The translations under genes and the position numbers were made by a program. 48,502 nt of DNA from Welwitschia mirabilis. Taxonomy: Eukaryota. Below the pieces are notes generated by a model. That model worked only from the letters and a program-made list of their open reading frames with translations. It ran no database searches and was not told the origin of the DNA. Positions 11,201 to 24,063 of this stretch are shown here, in pieces. Within the stretch, counting starts at the first letter, position 1. Each line of letters opens with the position of its first letter. Where the stretch lies: contig JBOZIK010000001.1 of assembly GCA_051453625.1 (NCBI GenBank), positions 12,303,674-12,352,175 on the forward strand, in the 5' to 3' direction.

Positions 11201-13910
11201 AGTTCTTAATATGCTAGAACTAGAGGTAAAGTAACTAAAAATGTCAAGGCATTCATGATTGAGCATTGTGAATAGTAAGATTAAAATTTAAGGGCAATAA
11301 TGGATGCATTTTTTATAATGACATGCTATTTAGCAAGGCTCCTTATAATCATGGAAATGTTAATAGTTATAAGTTCCACATGATAGGGAGTTTTAATAAT
11401 GGATTTAATTACAATTTATGGCAATTTATATGATGACCAACTACAATTTTTTATGAATTAAGAAAGGAAAAACATGATTCTACAATTTTTTTTATGTATT
11501 AAAAAAAGGAAAAACATCATTCTACAATTTTCAATAGGGGCTTGTCGTTGGTCAATTTAGCAGTTATAAATTTTCTTTCAAAGGGAGAGACTTTAGAAGA
11601 AATGACAACATTGGTTTTTCTCTAATGTTAAATTCAAAGGAAATTTAGTTGATGCTTAAATTAGCCATAAATGTTATAGCATGCATAAGCCTTAAGGGAA
11701 TCTTAACAGTTCAAGAAGGTAATCAAATGAAGAATTTTCTTGCCATTAAGTATTACATAAACATTGAGTAAAATAACATTTTCTATATACTAGAAATTTT
11801 GTGTATCACTTTGTAAAGATTAGTGTTACCATAATCAAAGAAGAAAATATTAATGCTCTTCAGTATTTTAAAATACATGAATTAGTATTCAAAATAGGAA
11901 ATGTCGTAGCTTTACTTCTCATCCTTGCATTCCTATGTGGTTTAGATCATAGATCTTATGCTATGAATTCTATGTATTAGTTAAATGGATTATAAATCTA
12001 TATCTTATAATTTTATATCATTATGTCTATTATAAGAGTATTAACCATTCTATATATTCTTATCTTCATGGTTATGATTACTTGTTATCCACCTAAATTA
12101 TATTTTCTATTTTTAGCATATACTCTATATAAGGCACAACCTAGATACTTATAATCAACACAATTTATTACAAGAAAAACTAACAAACATATAAGAAGGA
12201 AGAACCAACAACCACCATATATATAAATTAATATATCAAGCCATAGTGATGTGGATGGGGTATGACACCTCACATGGATGGGATATGACATCTTTATGTA
12301 TGACAATAGTTAATATCATGGTTTCTATTTCTCTTTCATGAATTACTTTCTTGTACCTTAGTTCCAATAAGTAATAAAACTTATAATCTCATTATATTAT
12401 GTAGAACAAGCACTGTATGCCTTAATAAAATACCATGCACTAAGTCTCTATTATGAAACTAAACCTATTTAATGTAAATGTAGTTTTATAATTCTTAACT
12501 TAACTTATAAAATTCAATAATTTCATATAATTATAGTACTAAATGTAAAATATTAATCACTTATAAATGTGAACCTAGTTATTAATAAGGGAAAAATCCC
12601 AATTAGGAGATCCTAATGCTAGATCTATAAATATGAGTACCTACTCTTTTATTGTGGTTCTTGCTAATATTATTGTTGTACCATTATGTTGTTAAAATAA
12701 AAGCTCTTTTTCTTTTTTTTTTTGTTTTACAACATTTTCTCCATTTTTTAATTTCCTCTTGACTTCAATTTTCTCGTAACTCAATACTTCAACCACTAGT
12801 CTTCCTAAAAGTTGATCTTTAATATTATTTGTTATTGATACTCCTTATGATGTATGTAAGTATATTTAAATTATAATGACTTTATTAAATTCTTAAAAAT
12901 ATGCTATCATCATATTCATCTTCAAAAAATGAAATTAAACATCTTTTTATTGATCTAAAGATTAAACTAAACCAACTAAGATCTCGTATCTATCATAACT
13001 ATTTTTTATATCTTTATATTATTAAAAGCATCACTTAATTTTTCCTATATTCTTGAGATATTATTGTCTACAATATCTATATTTGTTTTGTGTGTTTTTT
13101 CTCATTATTATTTCTAGACTTATTTACTCTTTAAACTCTTATGTAATTTACAACATTTTATCTCTAGAACATACAATTTAATAAGTAGAAAAATAAATTT
13201 TTTCTATTAATTAAAATAAGGATATTTTACTTGTAATTCCTGTTATAGGTTTGTTACTTAGAGAATATTATGTCCTTCTTATTAAGCTCTTTTTATTAAC
13301 ATTGAAACCATTATCTTATTTATGATTTTTAATTTTTCAAACCTACAATATATAAATGCTAGTGTGTTTAATGATATTTAAAAAATAAAATTCTCTTATC
13401 AGTATATACAAGTGTTGTAATAATATATTTAGGAAATTGTAAGATTACTTCAATGTGTTTTTAAATAAAAAGTCCCTATACGTTTTAAATTTTATTGTGT
13501 TTCTAAGAATATTAAAAATGAAACTAAAGCTAGTATTTTGTTAAGTGTAAGAAAGACCATAGGATCTATTAGATAAGATTAATGTACATGTCAAAAGTTT
13601 ATGAAATTTTCATTTAATGAACATAATTACATAGCATTTTTGTGACATTTCAAAGAATTATCATAAGATATCAGTGACGACTTGCTAGTAGATTCTTCTT
13701 AAAACCATATTATGTGCTCATAATTTTGGTAAGAGAATTAAGAAATGACAAATTAAAAGATGTTTTTCTTTTTTTTTGAAGTAAAAATCAATTGAGTAAA
13801 TTTTGGTTTTACTGCTATTATTGATAGTTATAACACTAATTAAACAGTGACCAAGAGGTTTAAATCCCTTAGTTAAAATATAATATTTTTAGAGGGTTTG
13901 CTAACAAGAT

Positions 13911-14097
13911 AATAATTCAATTGCTAAGGTAACTTCTACATAGAAGGTTATAGTTTTGAATCTTTAGATGTTCTACTTAGCACCAAAATTTTTTGTAAGG
14001 TTCTAAGCATAATTAATCACTTATTTGGGTGATCATCATGGTTGTGCTCCCAAGAAGAGGTATGATTACTAAAAGTTTCAAGTTGAACATTGTCCCC
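13911..14097 (+). mobile_element. Copy of ~180-bp tRNA-headed SINE-like repeat
   Basis: Shares body motifs ATCATGGTTGTGCT...AGGTATGATTACTAAAAGTTT(C/T)AAGTTGAACAT with the copies at 21549-22366 and 42372. Confidence 0.65.
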
Positions 14098-15714
14098 TTA
14101 AAGGTTCTGTATGTCGTGTGTAAGATTCATTTGATCATATGAACATTTTTATAAAATAAAATTTTAAAATATTTACATTTAGTAAATTATGATTCTCATA
14201 GAATGAAAAGAGAAAATTTAATTCTCTTTTGTAACAAAAGGTAATGTGTTATACTCCATAATTTAATCTTTAACATAAAAATTTGTATTCTTAATATTTA
14301 ATCATTTTTACTTTCTTTTATTTATCTTAATGTCATAAATGATTCTGATATGAAGGGAGTAGTAGGGCTAAGCAACTTCCTCACCTATCTAAAGAGCTTT
14401 AGTAATGTGGAAGAGATTCCTATACAAACACAAGTAAGTGAAGGGTTGTAATTCTTCATTTTACATCACATCCTTAATTTCTACATTATTCTATAGCCTT
14501 TTTTGTCTTTGGATAAAATGCAAAACTTTATTAACCTAAAAACTCAAGTAGTACATCAAAGCAAAAGTTCATCACATTAAGTAGATTGGAGAAAGGATGG
14601 ATAAAGGAAAGATAACCTTAAGAGGCTTTCCAAGCATTTTAATATAATGAATATTAATTTCACACACTTAAATCGAGCTATGTGAGAACCTAATGATAGT
14701 TTCACTTAATAAGTACATATAAATGAGGTAAGAGAAGGGATACAAAAAGTAGATATTCATCAAAATTAGGATTTAATTGAATAAAGTGGATCAGTTGAAT
14801 TTGTAACAGATAGTTCTTATCATGTACTTATGTGTCATCATTACTGTATTTACTAAGCATCTTACTACCTATTTTATCACCTTATATTTTGCCATCCTCC
14901 GTTGCCAAATCATGATTATCTTATGATGACTCGTCAAGAAGGGTTTTCTAGAAAAGGCTATTTAAGATTTAATTTATGCTCGAGTCCTAATTTTTCTCTA
15001 GAAGCTTAATTGTAAAGGAGTGAAATAGGATCTTCAAGTCACGTTCAACACCCCCTCCCTTTACTTACTACTTAGTAAAAATAACGATTTAAAGTGAAAA
15101 AAGGTTTATACAAAACCAACTAGCTTTGAACATCAACAAGTACACATGGAGTTCTATAAATTTGTTCAAGTGTCCCTTTAGCATGGTGAACTACTTTTAG
15201 ACAAGAGTACAATATTGTTTGAAGGGCTTAGAAAACTCATTTTTAGAGTAGTGTCCTCTTAATCTCTCAAGCATCACACTCATCAGACAATAAATTTGGC
15301 TTTAAGAGATCTAGCTTTAGTAACTTCTAATTTCATACTCTTCTGGGTTAGAACTAATAATATCTACTATACATATATCTTAATGTCATAAATCCATGAT
15401 TTTCTTCATCATATTTATTAACAAGTTATTCAAAAACATCGTGAATCTATCCTTTGACCTTAACAAATTTTATTTAATTTGGTGAAAATATAAGCAAACG
15501 ATGTATTGGCGATATAGTGCTAGTCTTAAGATAAGTAAATGGCATCTAATAAAATTGTAAACTATTGTAATAACTAGTGTTGAAAGTGGTGTGAGGAGTG
15601 GAGAGGGAATTGATATTAAAATAGTATTTAGGATTAGGTTTAAGAAGGAAAGTATAATTAAGTGGCTAACATTAGGGAAAAATAAAAAATAAATGATAGA
15701 GAAGAGAGAAATTT

Positions 15715-18700
15715 TTTATTTTTGAAAATACAATAGTTACAAAGTTTTCATTTAATCCCTAAGACTACAGCGTAAGTGGTTCTTTGATATTTTGAAACTT
15801 GGGAAAATGTGTCATGTAAGGATTACTACGTATTACAACTCATTTGAGGCTAAATTTTTCAAAACAAATCTATAATGAAAAAATAAATGTTGTGGAGTTT
15901 CCATGTCTTCCCCTTAAAATTAAAATCTAATGGAACATTGAAATGATAATAAGAGTGTTTTTTTTAATTAATGTAAAGTTACATGAAACTTTTGATTTTT
16001 TTCATATTTTAACACTCCATAATTTCTTTAATTTATTATTATGCTTAAACTTTTCACAATAGATTAATTAAATGTTAATGTTATTATTTCCTAGAGGAAG
16101 ATAGATAAGAGGCTAAAAAAGATGTGACAATATAATCTATACTAATTTCTAAATTCTTGTTTGTATGTCATATCCTTGCTAAAAATTTTTGCCTTATGGT
16201 TCTTATAAATATCATTTAAGGTGTATTCTGATTCAAATGGTGTCCATAAGCTAATTCTTCTAACATACATCTAAGATAGATTTAATACCTAAACCTATTA
16301 TAGAATGTTACTAAACCATCACTTCAAAGAATTCTAGATTAATTCTTTCATGTAATTTTTCACTGAAATGAATGAAATTGCAAATAAGAGAATTTCTGAT
16401 ATGAGTTTCTTTTAATGTGATTATAAAAAAATTTGTTATATATACTACCATTGAGTTGATATAAGCATTTAATAGAATAATTCTCATAGCACTAGTTTAA
16501 AAAAATTCTAATACTTGTGAGTTTTTATACTTTATTAACTACTTTTATCCAAAATGGGTTTTATTATTTCCTTTTGCTAATTCAACCTCTTAAGTACTTA
16601 ATTAAAAATGAAACTATGACACACTGTAGACAAGTGACATTTCTATTATGGTGAAACATATAAGTATGAATGAAGGATGTTTTTACCTTATTAATTTTTG
16701 ATATAGAAAATAAATAGAAAATTTCAAGAAGATTTTTTACCTTAGATGTGGTTTTTACGCAAAATTAATACATGACACGTTGTCATCTATAAATAATAAT
16801 ATCGAATTCTCAAAGTAGACATAAAAGGAGATTAATGATGATAACAAACAAAATGGATAAAAGAAGATAGTCTTACTATATCCCTACCTTATCCTAAAAG
16901 CATTCATAACATTCTCTAGTGCAGATTTGTGAATGATAAACTAATTTTGTTAAAAATTTGATGAACTTAATCTATAGCTTATCAAATACTCTCTCTTTTG
17001 TGTACAAAAAGATGGTCTTCCATTAAAACTTAATTAAAGGACTTTATTCTGTCTAATTTAAAATCATGGTTTTTTTTCTTTTCTTGTGATTTTATCTAAT
17101 AATCTAAAAACACCTTATCCAAAGATTTGGAAAAATTTTATATATAATAATGTAAATGTTAAATAAGAAATAATCAAAAATAGTCATGGCATGAGGTTTA
17201 TTTAGTAGTAGGCATATAAAAAATCATTAAGGGGTGGATATGAAACTTTTCTTTTGAGAACACTTTAGTAGTACATATGTATGTTTTAATGATTTCTTAG
17301 TGGAGTCTAAAGAATTAAATTAAAAATCCATTTAGACCTAATGATTTGCATTTTTTAAAAATCATATAAATACATTTTATAGTGATGGAAGGCATTTTGC
17401 AAATTCTCTTAGAATCTTACTATTGTATATAGTTAGAGAGCTAAAACATCCTTGACACTACATTTCAGGAATGCATCATACCTCACTATTGATGCCTGAA
17501 TTTTGATTTTAATTGTTGTTTAAAAATAGAATTTGATGTTTATATCACCTTTGGAAGGCCATTTGACATGAGATTATTGTTTCCTAGATACTTCTTATTT
17601 TCATTTCATATTAAGCAAAACTGCAAAAAGCTTTATTTCTATGACATGGAAAGTGTCTCTTTATTTATTTCCATTTTGAGTTTTTATTAAAGACATTGTA
17701 AGTTTTGATTTTCATAATTGACATTCATATTATAGTTTCTTCCTCCAAATTTTTAGAATCCCTTTTAAAAACTTTAATCTTTAAAACTATACAAATGATG
17801 AAGAGTCATTGATTAGAACATTCTAAATGTTTTAAACTAGAACATTTAATTTAGGGTTTCTAATTAACAAACCTTAAATTAGAAGATGTGGTTTTAGAAA
17901 AATGGAGTGATGATCAAACTAGAATCTCAATGAGATTTTAGAATAAATGAATAAGATAAAAATAATATGACTATACATCTATCAATGAAATAGAATATAG
18001 TATTAGGTGCTTTATAGATTAATTTCATGAAGAAAAATATCAATGAGGTAATACACTTTAACTCCATGATTTAGGAAAAAGTTTCCTCCTAACTTTTTAT
18101 GAGGTCTTAATGTTTGTTTGAAACCTAAAATATGTACACGTATCATGTATAAATAGTTTAGGTGTTGTCACTAAGTTTGGAAATCATAGAAGTTAGTGCT
18201 TCTTCATGTCATATCATCAATCATTTAATCAATTATGAAAAACAAATTATTGCAAGCCTACATCCAATTGTAATATTTTTTAACAAAATCATGAGACTTC
18301 CTTGAATAATAAATCTAGGCATAGTAATGAAATTTCACATCCTATAAGGTGTAAAACGACGAGGTTTGAAATCATCTAGTTTTATCTCTTAGAAAAGGCA
18401 AAGTAATGTTGATAAATCATAAATAAGGAAGTATAGATGGGAAATATTATGGATGTTTTATAATCCTTTATAATTCCATGAAATGATCATTTCCAATTCT
18501 TTGTTTGTGAGTTCGAAGATTCTTTTAAAGTATTAGTTGTGCATTTTGTTTGGTAGATTTTGAATCCTCTTCTTGCATTTTTGTGTTAGGGATTAATAGG
18601 AATGTTTCATTTCTAAATTATAATCAAGTGGAGGATGTTGTTGTCTCATTAACACGTTAGCAAGATGTTTTGATACTAGTTTATTAGCAGTGTTTGAGTG

Positions 18701-20022
18701 GATTAGGGGAAGAGGAGTTATAATTTTCCCTTCTTTGGATTCTAATTCCAATGGAGCATTTACAATGAAAAAAATCTAAAGAATAAAGTGTCTTAGACTT
18801 GGTAAGGAAAGGAAGGGGATAAAAGAGAATTCGATGGAAGAAAATTCAAGAGGATTAGTAGGCAATAGGAGTTTAGAAGCAAACATTAATTTTTAGAATT
18901 AGCTAAAATTTCTAGGCTGAGGTGATTTGTTTTCACATCTATGTGTTAAAGGATATTAGATATAACTTTTAAATTGTTTTTTTATTTTTCTTTATTTTCT
19001 TTCTTTTTTTAATATTTCCCCTAAGATACACCTTGATGGATCCTTGTTTTATTTTTTCTTTTTGTTTGACTTACTTATAGTTTTTTTTCATGTTTTATTT
19101 TATTTGATATGATATTTGTTAAAATCTACATGTATATCTAAAATAACCTTTTCAACCACAGTGGTAACATTGACATAAAACATACTTAAAAGGTTTTATA
19201 CCCTAGGAAATTTTAACTTTTTTTTCCTTTTTGGTTTTCAAAGACATTGTTTGAGAATTGAACTTGCAATCAAAAATCCACAAAAGCATTATTATACTAG
19301 TAGGATGTTTCTTCAGAGACAAAGTGTTAACTTTTATTTTTTAGTTTTGAAAATATCCATATTTATGTAAATACAAATCTAAGTTGCAACGATTCTAGTG
19401 CCATGGTTTAATTTTATAATCCTTTAAAAGCACTTGCACTATGTTATATGATTCTAGATTGAGAATTTCTGGAGTTGGATTATGATTTAAAATAAACATG
19501 ATTTTTTGTTAAATAATTTCCTCTTCCATAATGAATGGCCCTTATTCAATAATGGCTAAACCTTGTCTACTAAAAGAATATGGAGTAGTTGAAAGAACAA
19601 TGATTAATAAAAACAAAATGTAACTTACCATTTTAAAGTAGAATAACTTTATATGAATTTTGAATGTTTTAGATCTGATCACATTAACCCCTAACCTTAT
19701 CGATGCAAGCGAAACCTTTAATTGTGAAAAATTTGCTAATAAGACTATTCTAATAGCAATACTAAACTCATTCCTCATAAGGTTTTAAAATATTAATGAT
19801 TAATATCAACATCTTTTTCATGCAACAATCAAACGTTTATTGATTTACTTTTTTCCATTATGCTTCCATACCCTACTTTGTTGTTAAGTAGGAATCAACC
19901 TTAAAGCTTGAATTTAGTAGAAATCTAATATAGAATAGAAAAATTCTATAGGATATCATTGACATCAAGAATCAAAATCCCATGAAAAGATGAAAAACCT
20001 CACTTAGGAGGTTCACCCTAAA
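15715..20022 (-). mobile_element. Decayed L1-clade LINE (ORF1 + ORF2 endonuclease/RT), boundaries approximate
   Basis: Minus-strand motifs in correct order: ORF1 NGKLHFVF / PYSFSRQGLAIIE*GPF (DUF4283-like) and zinc knuckle CYHCG*KGYFRYTC (19169-19128); ORF2 start MIISWNYKGL (18490-18461); FIDRCIV (17989-17969); FDHHSIFL (17918-17895, cf. SDH.P); KLDRIKSFN (17059-17033, cf. KLDMEKAFD); RIR*G (cf. GIRQG); FIDD (16793-16782, cf. FADD); T-rich tract near 15715. Confidence 0.75.
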
Positions 20023-21070
20023 GAGATGATTTGTTTTTTACATCTGTGTGTTGAAAGAGAGAACCTTGGCAGATCCTTTTTTTTTGGGTTTGACTTACTT
20101 ATAGTTATTTTTTCATGTTTTATTTCATTTAATATAATATTAGTTAAAATCTACATGTATATGTAATATGACCTTCTTAACCATAGTGATAACATGGAAT
20201 TAAAGCATCCTTAAAATGGATTTTGAAAGGTTCTATACCCTAGGCAGTGTTAACTTTTTTTTTCTCTTTTTTGTTTTGAAAGACATTATTTGAAAATTGA
20301 GCTTACAATAAAAAAACTATAGAAGCACTACTATACTATTAAGATGTTTCTTCCGAGACAAAGTATTAACTTTTTAAATTTTTTTTTAAAGTTTTGAAAA
20401 CATCCATATTTATGTAAACACAAATTTGGGTTGCAACCATCATGGTCTCATGATTTAATTTACACTTGCACTATTGCACCATGTTGTATGATTCCAAATT
20501 GAGAATTTAGAGTTGGATTTATGATTTGAAACAAACATAGATTGTTTTTTCAAAAGACAATTTCCTCTTCCATAATGAACTACCTTTATTCAATAATGGC
20601 TAAACCTTGTCTATTAAAAGAGTATGGATTAGTTGAAAGAACAATGATTCATAAAAACAAAATGTAATATACCATTTTAAATTAGAATAACTTTATATGA
20701 ATTTTGAATCTTCTAGATCTGATCACATTAATCCCTAACCTTAGCAATGTAAGTGCAACATTTAATTGTGAGAAATTTGTTGATAAGACTATTCTAATAG
20801 CAATACTAAACTCATTCCTTATAAGGTTTTAAAAGATTAATTATTGTAATATTAGCATCTTTTTGCATGCAAGTATCAAACTTCTATTGATCTATTATTT
20901 TTCAATTATTCTTCCATATCCTACTTTGTTTTTAAGTAGGAATCAACCTTAAAACTTGAATTTAGTAGAAATCCGATATAGCATAGTAAAATTATCTAGG
21001 ATATCATTGACACAATCAAATAAAATTCCCTGAAAAGATGAAAAATCTCAATCATGAGGTTTACCCTAAA
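20023..21070 (-). mobile_element. Tandem duplicate of the 5'/ORF1 region of the adjacent LINE (copy of 18919-20022)
   Basis: Collinear similarity over ~1.05 kb from GAG(G/A)TGATTTGTTTTT to GAGGTT(C/T)ACCCTAAA; knuckle reads CYHYG*EGHITYTC (20194-20153). Confidence 0.85.
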
Positions 21071-21548
21071 GTTTAGATGGCTCTAAAATTGCTCTAAAAC
21101 CCTTGTTCTTATAATAGGCTTCAATCCTATAAGATTTTTTTAATTACAAGTAGGCTTGCTCTTTTTTGTTCTTCCAGTTTCTTTTTTTCTATTTTATCTT
21201 TTAGACAATGGACATAACTAAAGTGACTTTTCATTATTTAACATTAATACTTTGGAATAATGTATGTTAAAAACATTTACTTTTTTAAACAAAGGGTACT
21301 AAGGTCTCCTAATAAGAATTTTGCTTATTATAATGTATAGCATTATGTTACATAAAAAAATAAATATAAATAAATAATATTTAACCTGGTTACACTATTG
21401 TTTAGGCTTTCATATTTCTATTCTCTAAACCAAGTTATTATATACTAACTAGTTTATTATTATAAAATGATATATGAATATTAGTAATGAACATGATATA
21501 TGAATATTAGTAATTAAGTGGATCTTAATATGAGCTATGTCACCAACA

Positions 21549-22366
21549 AGGTGGTAGTCCAATTGGTAACACTCATCCTCAATTTAGGAGGTCATAGGTT
21601 TAAGCCTTTAGATGCCTTGCTTGGTATAGTATAGGGCCCAGGCATAATTACATCATTTGTTTGGATGATCATGGTTGTACTTCCGAGGGAGGGTATGATT
21701 ACTAAACATTTTGAGTTCAACATGCTCCACTTAATTAGAGCCATGCCATTAGTATGATAGTTCAACTAGTGATACAGTTGTCCCTTATTTAGGAGGTTAT
21801 GGGTTTGAACATTTGAATGTCTTCCTTGGAATACTATAAGTCCCTAGAAATAATTAAAGTGGTTGTATTTTCAAAAAGAGGTATAGTTAGTAAAAGTTTT
21901 GAGTTTCACATCCCCCATAATATGAACCATGCTAATATGATGGTAGTTCAAATAGTCAAACACTTGTCTTCCATATAGGAAGTTGAGGGTTTAAAACATT
22001 GGGCATTTTGCTTGGAACACTATGAGGCCTTAAACATAAGTAGAATGATTGCACTTCTAAATGAAGGTATGGTTTAAAAGTTTTGAGTTTGGAATCCACT
22101 AGTTAATATAAGTGTATTTAACTTTGAAAATTAAAAACACAACATAATTATATTTATTTTGTTAAATTGTTTATGATTTATAGGATGATAGGCCTTTTAG
22201 TTGGACACTCACCTTCCCTTTGGGAGTCCATGGGTTTAAACCTACAGATGTTTTGGTTAGCACACTCTGAGGCTTACGCTTAACAAAAATTTTTGTTTGA
22301 GTGATTATGGTGTTTGTACTTCTTAGCGAGGTATAATCACTAGAAATTTTGAGTTTGACATTTCCC
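21549..22366 (+). mobile_element. Cluster of four tRNA-headed SINE-like units (21549-21728, 21752-21916, 21936-22097 head-to-tail; 22183-22366)
   Basis: Units start with A-box-like sequence (TAGTCCAATTGG at 21555-21566; TAGTTCAACTAG; TAGTTCAAATAG), B-box-like GGTTT(A/G)A ~42 bp later (21597-21606), and end in TTTTGAGTT(C/T)..CAT.CC-like sequence. Confidence 0.7.
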
Positions 22367-22537
22367 TAATTCCATTGATAGTAATTCATAAGAAACATGT
22401 TACATTTTATAACAAATGAAATGTTGGTTGAGTAGTATTAATCCTCTTTACCAATAGCATACACAAAATTTTTTATACGAACAAAGTTAAATTTGAAAAA
22501 TTCTAGGATGTTTTATTACACTTGGTTTAGGGATTAA

Positions 22538-22778
22538 CAATTTGACCAAATGGCCTTGCTTCTCCTAACAAATAATATAGCATCTTATGAAATAGATCAA
22601 AAATTTGATTTAGTTATGGTTATAAGTGACTCTTGCATCACAAAACATAATTTGACTAAGTGGCCTTCCTTCTTCCAATATATGACATAGCATCTTATGG
22701 AATAGATGAAAAATCTAATTTAACTATAAATCTGATTTAGTTTTGGTAACATAAGTAACCATTGCATGATAGAACATA
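22538..22778. repeat. ~110-bp tandem duplication
   Basis: AATTTGAC(C/T)AA(A/G)TGGCCTT...ATAGCATCTTATG(A/G)AATAGAT...TGATTTAGTT...ATAAGT...TTGCAT...AACATA occurs twice. Confidence 0.8.
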
Positions 22779-23016
22779 GCAAGGCAAAAGGATAATCTTA
22801 AACCTAACCACTTGCATAATTAGCTTCCGAAAGAAGTTTAGGTTAGAGACAACCCAGAGATGCAATGTGATATAAAGCTAACACAATGAAAACCTCAAGA
22901 TCACTTTTGGATTGTGTATTGAGTGAGAAACAAAAAAGAAAGAAGAAATACATGGGAATCTTAATCGTAAAAAAATTAATTAATATCAGCCTCTCACAGT
23001 ACTAAAAATAATAAAT

Positions 23017-23340
23017 TGTAACTCGCTCATAAATGCCTTATAACTCTCTTATTAAAAAGTATTGTGCAACTCCCTCCTAAATGCACTATAACTCCCTTCG
23101 AAATAAAGCACATTGTAAGTTCCTCCAAAATGCGCGATAATTCCCTCATAAATAAAGCATACAATAACTCCTCCTAAATGCAGAACTCCTTTTGAATAAA
23201 GCATATTGTAACTCCCTCCTAAATACACTCTAACTCTCTTTTAAATAAAACATATTGTAGTTGTTTTCTAAATGCACTGCAACTCTCTTTTAAATAAATT
23301 AAAAAAATTATATTATAAGCCTCTTCTAAATAAATTATAA
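23017..23340. repeat. Minisatellite upstream of the AAA-ATPase, ~50-bp unit made of two TAACTC(C/T)CT subrepeats, about 6 copies
   Basis: Repeated TTGTAACTCCCTCCTAAATGCACTATAACTC(C/T)CTT...AATAAAGCA motif. Confidence 0.8.
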
Positions 23341-23766
23341 TGCACCTTCTTTCCAACATAGCAATTACACTTCGATATTTTTATTTTCCACAAAATACCC
23401 CTAAATAATAATGCAAAGTCATTTTAATTTTATTTTCCAAAGATACTCTGCATCTAGTCCACTTTAATATTAATTTAATAGTCAAAAAAAGAAATTTCAT
23501 ATCCTTTCTTATATCTCTCCTTTAATACTTATCCACTTGAAAACTTCTTGTAAGTCCCACAGTCCTTGGCTTTCAGACACTCAAAATGTTTAAAATTTGT
23601 GTGTAGAATATTCTCTTCCAAGGAATCGAATGACAAAGTCTCTTGTCCCATTAAAAAATAAAATATCAGTAAAAACCAAGAATTGGAAAGCAAAACCAGA
23701 CGAAACGTCAAAGAAAAGGAAAAAAAAGAGCCGGCTGTTTTGAATTGAAGATTTCCTTCACAGCAG

Positions 23767-23998
23767 GCGCGTTTTTGACAAATCCAGACACCAGCGCAGC
23801 CGAGAATCGTAGACAACAAATATTGTAAATTTACAGACGTGAAAAATAGCGAAAACGTAATTTTTTGGATTTGGATTTCGATTTTTATGTAATATTGACG
23901 GGGAATTATCAGTCCACGTGTACACGCCTTCCACGCTCTATTTACTCCTGCCGCGGTTGATCTTTGTCTGTCCGGCCCACGCACGCTACGCACCGCGC
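23767..23998 (+). promoter_or_regulatory. CpG-rich proximal promoter/5'UTR of the AAA-ATPase with G-box and CGCG boxes
   Basis: CACGTG at 23915-23920; VCGCGB motifs GCGCGT (23767), CCGCGG (23951), CCGCGC (23993); CpG-rich compared with flanks. Function inferred, not shown. Confidence 0.4.
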
Positions 23999-24063
23999 TG
24001 GTTTTTGATCCGACGCTTTTTCAGACCCAATTCGGACTCCGCTGGCGCAGATCGTTGTTGCAG

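Noticed and set aside
21549-21625. tRNA genes or 5S/Cassandra similarity for the SINE-like heads
   Set aside because: Only degenerate A/B boxes; no cloverleaf could be folded; no 5S AGTTAAGC/GGATGGGTGACC boxes or TG..CA LTR ends.
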